From Octopus sinensis (taxonomy: Eukaryota), in assembly GCF_006345805.1 (NCBI RefSeq), contig NC_043006.1, positions 7,564,001 through 7,628,000 of the forward strand: a DNA stretch of 64,000 nucleotides. The letters run 5' to 3'. Below are positions 53,823-64,000 of this stretch, in pieces. Every line of letters starts with the position of its first letter. The stretch's first letter is position 1. A model generated the notes under the pieces. That model had not been told where the DNA came from, searched no databases, and saw nothing but the letters and a program-made list of their open reading frames with translations. Made by a program: the position numbers and the translations under genes.

Positions 53823-54162
53823 TAGTTATAAGCGTCAGAAGCTGTATAAATACCGAATAACAATCTATATGTACTCTTTAATACCAATATGCTGTAAGAA
53901 CGCCGTAATATTGCGATACTTCTCTTGAGGAAGCGTCTCTATAGAAGTATATTGCTAATACTTCTGTGATTGTTTAGCCATGTACGTCTATAGGAAATGG
54001 TGTCTCAAGATGATACTTCTGTATGATGTCGTTCTTACTGTATATCCACTCTAAATATACACACACAGGTCGATATGTGTGTATGTGTTTGTGAATGTGT
54101 GTGCGGACGTGCGGGAATGTGTGTGTGCGCGTGCGTGCTGTATGTGTGTGTATATGTATATG

Positions 54163-54193
<31 letters not shown>

Positions 54194-54201
54194 GTATATG
54201 T

Positions 54202-54234
<33 letters not shown>

Positions 54235-54539
54235 ATATATCACGTGACAGACCAGACCATCAGATGTTGTTACACATCGCTGGTCACAATGCGTTTCATT
54301 GTTTTAGCCTTCGAATGAAGCCACCCCGCTGGCTAAGCGAGCAGGCCAACAGAAGAAAGAGTGGGAGAAAGAGTGGTGAAAGAGTAAAGCAGGGATCACC
54401 ACCCCCTGCCGGAGCCTTGCGGAGCTTTTAGGTGTTTTCGCTCAATAAACACACACAACGCCCGGTCTGGGAATCGAAACCGCGATTCTGCGACCGCGAG
54501 TCCGCTGCCCAAACCACTAGGCCATTGTGCTTCCACACT

Positions 54540-54592
<53 letters not shown>

Positions 54593-54932
54593 TAGTTATA
54601 AGCGTCAGAAGCTGTATAAATACCGAATAACAATCTATATGTACTCTTTAATACCAATATGCTGTAAGAACGCCGTAATATTGCGATACTTCTCTTGAGG
54701 AAGCGTCTCTATAGAAGTATATTGCTAATACTTCTGTGATTGTTTAGCCATGTACGTCTATAGGAAATGGTGTCTCAAGATGATACTTCTGTATGATGTC
54801 GTTCTTACTGTATATCCACTCTAAATATACACACACAGGTCGATATGTGTGTATGTGTTTGTGAATGTGTGTGCGGACGTGCGGGAATGTGTGTGTGCGC
54901 GTGCGTGCTGTATGTGTGTGTATATGTATATG

Positions 54933-54963
<31 letters not shown>

Positions 54964-54987
54964 GTATATGTATATATATGTATATAT

Positions 54988-55005
<18 letters not shown>
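53470..55005. repeat. Near-identical direct tandem duplication, period 771 bp, each unit holding a minus-strand tRNA-SINE (family D)
   Basis: cacgtgacagaccagacc occurs at 53470 and 54241. The SINEs lie at about 53545-53765 and 54316-54536. The units appear to differ only in microsatellite tracts. Confidence 0.95.
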
Positions 55006-55032
<27 letters not shown>

Positions 55033-55078
55033 ATATATGTATATATATATATGTATATATATGTATATATGTATATGC

Positions 55079-55130
<52 letters not shown>

Positions 55131-55143
55131 GTATATATGTATG

Positions 55144-55176
<33 letters not shown>

Positions 55177-55237
55177 TATATATATATGTATGTGTGTGTG
55201 TGTGTGTGTGTGTTTGTGTATGTGTGTGTGTGTGTGT

Positions 55238-55535
55238 GTGGAGGCACATGTCGTAGTGGTTAGAGCAGCGGAATCGAAAGTCGAGGGACCGCGGCTTCGA
55301 ATCTCAAACCCTGCGATGTCTGTGTTTATCAGCAAAACACCTAAGCCCCACGCGGCTCCGGCAGAAGGTAATAGCGAAACTTCTGCTGACTCTTTCGCCA
55401 CAACTTTCTTTCACTCTTTCCTCCTGCATCTTGCAGCTCACCTGCGACAGACCGGTGTGCCGTCCAGGTGGGGAGTCTACGCCAAAGAAACCGGCCCTAC
55501 GAGCCAGGCATGGCTTAAGAAGGAACAAACAGACA
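55238..55535 (+). mobile_element. tRNA-derived SINE (family D-related)
   Basis: gtcgtagtggttagagcagcgga...ggcttcgaatctc...aaaacacctaagc. Confidence 0.8.
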
Positions 55536-55549
55536 AACATATATATATA

Positions 55550-55758
55550 TATGAAGGGGTGCTGAAAAGTTCATAACTAGATAAAAGAAAATAGATCAAG
55601 ATCAGTTAATTATGATTTTATTCAACATATTCCCCTCTCAGATTCACACACTTATAGCAAAGGTCTTTCGATTTTTCTAAATCCTTTAAGAAACTTGAGC
55701 CTCCAAACAGACCTTTCGCGATACCCTTAAAGCCAGAAATTTTATTCAACCTTCTACG
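55550..55758. mobile_element. Mariner-type MITE relic
   Basis: Left end tatgaaggggtgctgaaaagttc; degenerate inverted right end ccagaaattttattcaaccttctacgt. Confidence 0.5.
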
Positions 55759-55968
55759 TTTTGCATCAACCTTCACACTTTTTCTCGTGATTTCTCATGT
55801 AACGGCGTCCTGATTTTGAAACAATACATACCATGTGCTCAGACCCTCAAATTGCCTGGAGACACAAAGCATGTTGTCCTCTTTTATACTGTGCACGTTA
55901 AGTGATTCTTATCTCTCACTGGATGGTGTACTTTTTGATCATCTTACTTTAACAGAACATTGAATTAA

Positions 55969-56041
<73 letters not shown>

Positions 56042-56096
56042 CAGAGAAAGAGAGAGAGAGAAATACTCATCTACAGAATATCCATACAACATCACT

Positions 56097-56310
56097 GGCC
56101 CAATGGCCCAGTGGTTAGGGCAGCGGACTCGCGGTCGTAGGATCGCGGTTTCGATTACCAGACCGGGCGTTGTGAGTGTTTATTGAGCGAAAGCACCTAA
56201 AAAAAAAAGCTCCACGATGCTCCGGCAGGGGGTGATGATCCCTGCTGTACTCATTGAACGGTGGTGCATCAGCATGGCCGCAGCTCTGAGCTGAAACCAG
56301 AGAAAGAAAA
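56097..56310 (+). mobile_element. SINE family D
   Basis: The head tggcccagtggttagggcagcggactcgcggtcg matches the reverse complement of 53700-53765. Confidence 0.88.
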
Positions 56311-57299
56311 GAAAAATATAAACTTGATGTGATTAATAAAAACGTGTGTATCGTTTCCCAAAACCTAGTCGTTTCCAATGCGATTATTGTTTCATAAGTG
56401 AATCTATGTTTTGATGTATAAAAGCTCTGCTGCATTAATGTCACAGTGCAGAAAATATCGATTTTTAATCAATGTATTTTCATGCAATACATAGCAATGC
56501 TGTTTGTGTATCATTTGTCGAAAGCAATGTAGTAGAAATGGAAGATAGCAACGGCCAAAATCTGAATTCGATTAACTGCCGTATCTATTTCAATTCTGAG
56601 CTTTTAATGTCTCGATATGAGTAGTAGTTTGTGATTAAAAACAGTCACCATGTTGACTTGTCAATTTACTCCGTCAGCCAAATTATTTCAGCATAAGTTC
56701 ATGTATTATAGTTTCAATATTTCTAAATAGTTTTGTTTATAACTGTATCTTTAAAGAAGATAACTGCATAGATCTTTTGTGCATAATACCAATATGAAAT
56801 TTTAATTTCTTTTAGTTACGTCTACTCAGACTTCATTTAATTTTTCTGATTTGGAATTAAGACAGATACATTAGTGGTTGTTACTGTTGTTCGTTTTTAG
56901 CACTATGCCAGATGTATAATAAAGGACGTTGCTAGTGTTACAATGCTGTCTATCTCCTAGGCACATTATACCAAGCGTAACATTTTCCGATATTTCCTCT
57001 TTTTTGTAGAATATAAAATGATATTTAAGTATTATTTTTACAGACGGCTGTAACACTTACACACCGCCATATTCTGCTCACATGCCTTGCTTCTGTTTAT
57101 TTATTACTAAGAAATGGCAGCATCTAGTAAAATACGGTTTAAAGAAGATAGAAAGATATTTCAAATTTAATAGAATATTTTATATATTAATATCACTCCA
57201 TAAACTATAGATTTCTTGTTTACTTTTTGCATTTGTTAGTCTAGTTTTGAGGGAGGAGCTATTAAATATGTAGTTTGCAAGCTTCACCTCTGAAGCCTG

Positions 57300-57700
57300 T
57301 ATGCTCAAAGTGGTTAATTTTCTTCTTAGACATCTGCAAATCGACAGTTTCGGGGAATTCCTACATGTTGTAGATGTCATGGATTAAACGACTGTGTAAA
57401 GAAAATATTATGAGGTTTGGTGGAGTGCACACAATGTGCGTAACGAAAGTAAGAGAGAAGAATGGGTGGGTAGTACCTCTGCGAAGGTGGCAGAAAACTA
57501 TCAACGTTCAAGGAAGAGAGAGGATTAAACAGTAATATAAAGAAGGTTAGTCGAGCAGTTCAGGGGATGGGAAGTTTGGATACGTTTATGAACAGCGTCA
57601 TGAAGATCAGTTTTGTTGGCTTTTGGGGATTAAGCTTAGAATTTCCATTCACATAAAAAACTGTACATCTCCATATCTTGAAATAGAACAGCATTGAACG
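57300..57700 (-). mobile_element. Possible non-LTR RNase H relic
   Basis: Minus-strand FYVNGNSK resembles YTDGSK and HVGIPRNCRFAD resembles HVGIPGNExAD, in the expected order. Confidence 0.35.
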
Positions 57701-58774
57701 TTTTATCTCAGTTTTTAGATGATTAAATTGATTTGTACTGAATTGCTTTCTGTCTCTAAACAGGAAATCCAGTTTCAGTAAAGCTGTTATTTCTAAGTTA
57801 AGTGTTTGCAACAGAAGAATCGATCTTCAGTGATCGTGAAGCTTAGCATTCGAAGTGACCTTCAAAATTCTAGGTTTCGTTGCACGAGTTTCGGGAGTCG
57901 GTGTCGGGGAAATGCTGCAAAGTCAACATTATAGAACTCGTATGCAGATTTTCTTAAAAAACGAAATATTTTCTCATGAAATACGAACATTTATATATTT
58001 AGGAAACCCTTACACTTATTCATAATTGTATCTCAAATGTGAACAAATTATCTTGAAATAATCCGTTCACAGTTATTTGCATTGTGAGTGTTACGAATAT
58101 AATTAGTGATAATCTTTATTTACATCACTTATAGAATATCATATTTCCTCAAAGTCTGAGTAACTTTGGCTACTATAATTCCCGTGAGATTTATGCCACC
58201 CGTCAAGGCACTAATTTCTCCTACTCAATTATTGATCGATATTATGTACTCAAACGCCATGTCTTTCTTATAGGATATTTAGCCAGTGAAATAACTGAAT
58301 AAATAGAATTGTATCGTGGTATGATGATTTAATGTACTGACACTCTGAAATTTACCATTAAGTAGGCTTAACGATTTTCAAAGCGTTATCCATCTGGTGG
58401 CAATTTTGCTGAAATTGATTGAAATGGGAAATGAGAAAAATAAAGTCACAAACATTGGCTTGCATATTGGAATGCAGAGAAGATATGTAACTGGATTACA
58501 TTGAACACGTATAGCTGTGGACAACTATCTTAACGATCGCGTTAATCAATCAATCAATAATTCTTCTCATGTAAGGTATGATGAAGTGAATTACTTGACA
58601 TTTCATAATCAGAGGTGACGAGTTCCATTAACATCTCTTAAATCGTTAACTTTATCTTTACCATGTCTTCCTTGATCATTTTATCTCCATTATCTCAAAA
58701 CAGCTAAATCTCTGACTAAACATTTTACGAAAATGTGTCCCTCTAGATTCATTTCCCAGCAGTGCCTACCTTAG

Positions 58775-58895
58775 TCTCTCTCTCACTCACTCTCTCTCTC
58801 TCTCTCTCTTTCTCCCTCTCTTGCTCTCTCTCTCTCTTTCTTTCTCTCTTTTTCTGTCTTCCTCTCTCTTTCGCACTTTCTCTCTCTCTTTTTCT
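58775..58895. repeat. (CT)n-rich microsatellite
   Basis: Seen directly. Confidence 0.9.
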
Positions 58896-60448
58896 CGCAC
58901 AAACACACTAACACACGCGCAGATCTATTAACGTACAATACTTGGAATTGAATATTGATTGCTGTAATTTCATATGTATGTGTATATACATGTTCAACAG
59001 AGAAAGCGTAAGATGTCCGCTGTCTCTGTGTTATAGTTATAAGATGTTAGTACAAGAAATAAGATTGTAACAAGCCATATAAGAAAGCCATTCAAGAAAT
59101 AAATAGCATTAAAATATAAAGATTGGGCGATTAAATTCTAATTTGAATACAAAGACAGATAAATTATGCATTATTCATCAGAAAAGTTAAATCAGTATTA
59201 AAGTTTATTAATGGATTATCGGTCACTTTACCACAATTTTTGAGACTGTACCACTCTCCAGAGAATATTATCAGGCATGAATATATCAGCGATGCAACAG
59301 GTATATGAAGACGACAAATGCGGTGACTGAACAACAGTAAGAAGCACCCTGGGAGAGTGACAGCAAAAATATTTGAAGTTGGTTGATGACCGTTAAAAAT
59401 ATTGAAGGAGGTTGTTGTGTGGGTCTTCTTGTCTATGAAGTTTGGGCTTCCTAGCTTATGAATTTTGTTTGGTTCATTGATCTACATTATGCATTTTTTG
59501 GCATTATCTGATCTTTTTAGATACTAAAGTTCAAAACAACGACTATTATTGGTCTTTGAACACTTTTTATTAAACCAAATCTCCGCGTCATTTATTGCAT
59601 TATGTTCAGAAATATGTTAGAGTCATTTAGCAATTAAATGTTAGCGAAAGAGAACAAAAGGTTGTTAACTAGATTTATAGGTTGTTTGTAAGTACAAACA
59701 ACAACGGATGTCATTTTAATTGGCACTGAAATCATTGTCTGCCATTTGTGTGTCGTGTGAAGATTTATAACTCGACTGATCTATGTCCTAAAATGTCAGC
59801 TTATCTTGAATAAAAGAAGAACTGTTGCTTCAATAATAAATGATCTAATGAAAATGTTTCCACACTTATTCTCCTGTATTTGCAAGTGTTTTGATGAAAT
59901 TGTATAAAGAACAGTAGACAAAGAGCTCGTTACTTATAATTTCTTCTATCATTTAATACAACTGTTACCGTTTGCTTTATTCAGCAAAGTTGGATGCCCC
60001 TTGCTCATAGATAACAATGAATTGAAACAAAAATTCGTTGTATTTACGAAGATGAAGGGAGATAGGCAAGTTATTACAACTGAATTACAGATATGATTAA
60101 AAGATGAGTTTAACAAAAATGTATAATTACCTCACTAAGTATTTTCGAAATTTAAATTTCAATGGAAATATATTTTGCCATCCATCATCAGCACTGAAAA
60201 TAGTACCAGTAATATATGTAGGTTGATTAAATCTATCATAACCGTCCGATACAAATCATAGTTTTCTGTCAATTAAAAGATGCCACTTCAAACTCCAAGG
60301 TCACAACACCCATGCCACACAAAATTGAAATTTGAATCGTTGATGTGTTTTACTGATCTCAATAAAAATTAAGAAATTAAAGAAAAATATATTAAAGATA
60401 TTTATAAAAGAAAACGGAGCGCGTCGTCCCGTTTAGTTGTACACAAAT

Positions 60449-60848
60449 AGGCGCAGGAGTAGCTGTGTGGTAAGTAGCTTGCTTACCAACCACATGGTTC
60501 CGGGTTCAGTCCCACTGCGTGGCACCTTCGGAATGTGTCTTCTAATAGAGTCTCGGACCGACTAAATCCTTGTGAGTGGATTTGGTAGACGGAAACTGAA
60601 AGAATCCCGTCGTATATATGTATGTGTATATGTTTGTGTCTCTGTGATTGTCCCCCCCTCCAACATCGTTTGACAACCGATGCTGGTGTGTTTACCTCCC
60701 CGTAACTTAGCGGTTCGGCAAAAGAGACCGATAGTATAAGTACTAGGTTTACAAAGAATAAGTCCCGGGGTCGATTTGCTCGACTAAAGACGGTGCTCCA
60801 GCATGGGCGCAGTCAAATGACTGAAAAAGTAAAAGAGTAAAAGAGTAA
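60449..60848 (+). mobile_element. Full-length SINE family B
   Basis: tRNA-like head, internal (TG) tract and a (AAGAGTAA) tandem tail. Confidence 0.92.
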
Positions 60849-61208
60849 ATAAATTAGTGTGTACCTGAGAATGCACTACCTTTTGGTCCTATGTATTTTG
60901 ACTACAATCTCTGTGTGGACTAATAACGGAAATTTGAAATATTTCAGCGCTGAACTACTTGTTGTTTCCTTCAGCCCACTAGTATATTGCCTTCAGGTAA
61001 TTGTTTAGTTTTGTGTTACCATCTTGGGTCTTGACTGCCTGTATGATCTTGTGCCGTGAACGTAGCAGATGAGACTGGGTTTACTGAGTGGTTGAGGGCA
61101 TGTCTGAAAGAACCATCAAAAGTAGTCATGTCTTCCTTTCCGAAGAGAGTAGCGTTAATTGTAACTGCCAGAGTCATGCATTTTCAAAAGTTATGCAGCC
61201 ATTCCAAC

Positions 61209-61663
61209 ACATTTTCGGTGAAAATTTTCGAAAAATTTTTGGGTAAATTTTCGAAAAATTTTTGGGGAAAATTTTCGCTGAAAATTTTCGAAAAATTTTT
61301 GGCTAAAATTTTCTGTGAAAATTTTCGAAAAATTTTTGGTTAACATTTTCGGCGAAAATTTTCGAAAAATTTTTGGGTAAAATGTTCGGCAAAAATTATC
61401 GGTAAAAATTTTCGAAAAATTTTTGGGTAAAATTTTCGGTGAAAATTTTCGGAAAATTTTTGGTTAAAATTTTCGAAAAATTTTTGGGTAAAATTTTCGG
61501 CAAAAATTTTCGAAAAATTATTGTTGAAAATTTCTGTGTAAAATTTTCGAAAAATTATTGTTGAAAATTTCTGTGTAAAATTTTCGAAAAATTATTGTTG
61601 AAAATTTCTGTGTAAAATTTTCAGTGAAAATTTTCGAAAGATTTTCACCGAAAATGTTACCCA
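61209..61663. repeat. Irregular tandem array of palindromic AAAATTTTCGAAAAATTTT units with an inverted terminal unit
   Basis: The palindrome ttttcgaaaa recurs every 20-60 bp. A 17-bp inverted repeat links 61209-61225 and 61641-61657. Confidence 0.9.
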
Positions 61664-62456
61664 AAGATTCCTACACTTTTCAAATCATATCGAAGGCACG
61701 CAATTTATGCGAAATTATTCCTAAACCAACTTTGCCTAAGGTCTTCGCAATGTCGAGATGTATCAAATAGGCATTAGAATAATTGAATTGCGCTCTCAAA
61801 ACCGAGTAATTACGCTACAATTGCAGTGTAAAGTAGGCCCTTCCTAACCAGATGCTGTGATGCATGTTAGAGATCAGTCCTTTTTCCACTGGGAATTGCA
61901 TCAGCTTCCGTTTGACAATAATTTTATGTCTTTGTTAACATATATGCTCAGAGATTAAGACCTCTGCTTACTTTTTTATTGATAAGACACCCGAGTGCCT
62001 TCGTGCATGTTTTAAAAATATTACCTCCAAAGACATTAAGGCCTGTTACTCTTTTGAAGATAGAAGATATTTCGGCCTCGTCTTTTAAATCGATGGAATC
62101 AATGTTTGTCACATACAAACACATACATATACGAACAATATTACATAGACAAACACACATACACACACTCACACATACACATTATTAATATAACATGCTT
62201 AAGATATGTGTGTTGTTTAAACATAGGAAGGTACACTTAGTCGCCAGGGAAATATCAACTTCAAAACGTATAGTATTAAAAACCACAATATCTTTCAGTT
62301 AGGTGAAAAGAAATTTCTCCAGAAGTGATCGTGGGAGCGGCAGATACATATATCGGTGTAGTGGCAGATTATCAATGTTGCACACATGTATCACTTCCGA
62401 AACCAAATCGAATTTAATATATATGCAGAGAGTATATATATGCAGAGAATATATAA

Positions 62457-62684
62457 GGCGGCGAGCTGGCAGAAACGTTAGCACGCCGGGCGAAATGCTT
62501 AGCAGTATTTCGTCTGCCGTTACGTTCTGAGTTCAATTCCGCCGAGGTCGACTTTGCCTTTCATCATTTCAAGGTCGATAAATAAAGTACCAGTTACGCA
62601 CTGGGTCGATATAATCGACTTAATCCGTTTGTCTGTCCTTGTTCTTCCTCTCTGTGTTTAACCCCTTTGTGGGTAGTAAAGAAA
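62457..62684 (+). mobile_element. Young full-length SINE family A with target-site duplication
   Basis: atatatatgcagaga occurs on both sides (about 62434-62448 and 62684-62698). Confidence 0.92.
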
Positions 62685-62880
62685 TATATATGCAGAGAGT
62701 GTATAAATTATCCACTGGTTTGCTATGTCAGGAAAAATTCGAACTGTCCAATAAAAGCAGTCCTATAATAAAAAAAAGCAATTGCCAATAATACTTGATA
62801 GTACGTACTTAATTTATATGGGTTGTTTAAACACAGGAAGCTGCAGGTTTTCGTTCGGGCAGAATCCCTTTAGAAACTTA

Positions 62881-63049
62881 TGTTACAAAAAATGCAATAG
62901 AGCTAGGCGAAACGAAATCGCCCCGGCAGTGATCACAAGAGCGACAGATACGTATTTCGCCTCTGTCACTCTTGCGGCCATTTCTGGGGCGATTTCGATA
63001 CGCCTATCTCTGAATTTTACTGTATTTTGTTTTGTTTTGCTTTGTAACA
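62881..63049. other. GC-rich long hairpin / palindromic MITE
   Basis: agagctaggcgaaacgaaatcgccccggcagtgatcacaagagcgacaga pairs with tctgtcactcttgcggccatttctggggcgatttcgatacgcctatctct. The outer pair is tgttacaaa/tttgtaaca. Confidence 0.8.
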
Positions 63050-63681
63050 CATACTTTAAGAAACTACTATTCATAATCCTTTTATTATAGAGCTGTTTCC
63101 ATTGTATCATATATGTATGTGTGTATATATATATATATAATTGTGAATTAAGATTTACTATCAAGGATGGAGTAATTCTTCTAATTCTATCTATCACTTT
63201 AGCTTAATTGTTATGAAGCAATGCAATATATCTCTATTTTTACTAACGAAATCAATCTCATTTTGTCCATGAATAGTTGTTGTAATTATGATATTCCGGT
63301 TTTAGCTTTATTTCTTTGCATTAATTTGTGGATATACAATTGTATCACATAGTGCTGAGCATAAATATTGATACAAACATATACCCGTAATTTGATCCAT
63401 ACGGAAATTAATATTGCATGAAGATGTTTGCGAAACGGCCGTAATCCAATCGAAGGCACGTGGTTAACTAAATAAATATTCACCCTTCATACCTCCAAAT
63501 TTTATAGCTATGTGTGTGTGTGCGCGCGCATATGTTATGTGTTTGCATACTAATATATTGAAATATGCATCAATGCTTATTCTTCCGAAGCCGATGATTA
63601 CGTTTCCATGTTACGTTTACCATTATTCTTTTTTTTTCACTTTGTTAGTTTATATATCCATATTTGTGAAAATATTTTCTT

Positions 63682-63846
63682 AGGCATAGGAGTGGTTGTG
63701 TGGTAAGTAGCTTGCTTACCAACCACATGGTTCCGGGTTCAGTCCCACTGCGTGGCACCTTGGGCAAATGTCTTCTACTATAGGCTCGGGTCGACCAAAG
63801 CCTTGTGAGTGAATTTGGTAGACGGAAACTGAAATAAGCCCGCCGT
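63682..63846 (+). mobile_element. SINE family B 5' half
   Basis: Matches 60449-60612 and ends in (TA)n. Confidence 0.9.
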
Positions 63847-63857
63847 ATATATGTATG

Positions 63858-63889
<32 letters not shown>

Positions 63890-63954
63890 ATATATATATG
63901 ATAGATCGTTAGCCACTACACACATTTTTTTCTCTGCCTGTGTTTTCTGTGTCC

Positions 63955-63990
63955 CTTTCTGTAGAAGAGCATAGGCTCGAAACGTAAAAG
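63955..63990 (+). ncRNA. Minimal variant hammerhead-like motif (Penelope type)
   Basis: cttt-CTGTAGA-a-gagc atag gctc-GAAAC-GTA-aaag. Stems I and II are perfect, stem III is the loopless palindrome ACGT, and core position A6 is replaced by U. Confidence 0.45.
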
Positions 63991-64000
63991 ATTTTTTTAA

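Noticed and set aside
54744-55576. Long ORFs rich in Y/I/C/V/H/T
   Set aside because: These are translations of (TA)n/(TG)n microsatellites. The same applies to the IYLS ORFs at 1672-2898.
61056-61343. ORF with KIFEKF repeats
   Set aside because: It arises from the palindromic AT-rich array.

Overview
This is AT-rich, repeat-dense eukaryotic DNA, most likely octopus (coleoid cephalopod). That assignment is inferred from the tRNA-derived SINE families and the density of microsatellites. I can support no intact protein-coding gene, and most listed ORFs are microsatellite or satellite artefacts. The window is dominated by a 13.6 kb, GC/CpG-rich 47-bp tandem array (16941-30575, about 290 units) with nested higher-order duplications of about 1.93 kb and 6.59 kb, expanded inside a decayed GC-rich segment. 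The rest is a mosaic of SINEs, decayed LINEs (Tx1/L1-like, RTE-like, R4-like, CR1/L2-like), mariner derivatives, palindromic MITEs and Penelope-like remnants. The most notable observations are: (1) type I hammerhead ribozyme motifs at 32114-32164 and 32906-33025, with variants at 53011 and 63955, next to a GIY-YIG-like relic; (2) an ORF1-only LINE insertion whose 5' leader carries a perfect 26-nt antisense copy of early ORF1; (3) a LINE 3' end nested in (ATCT)n; (4) several templated-insertion or foldback scars. Repeat boundaries were read by eye and are approximate.
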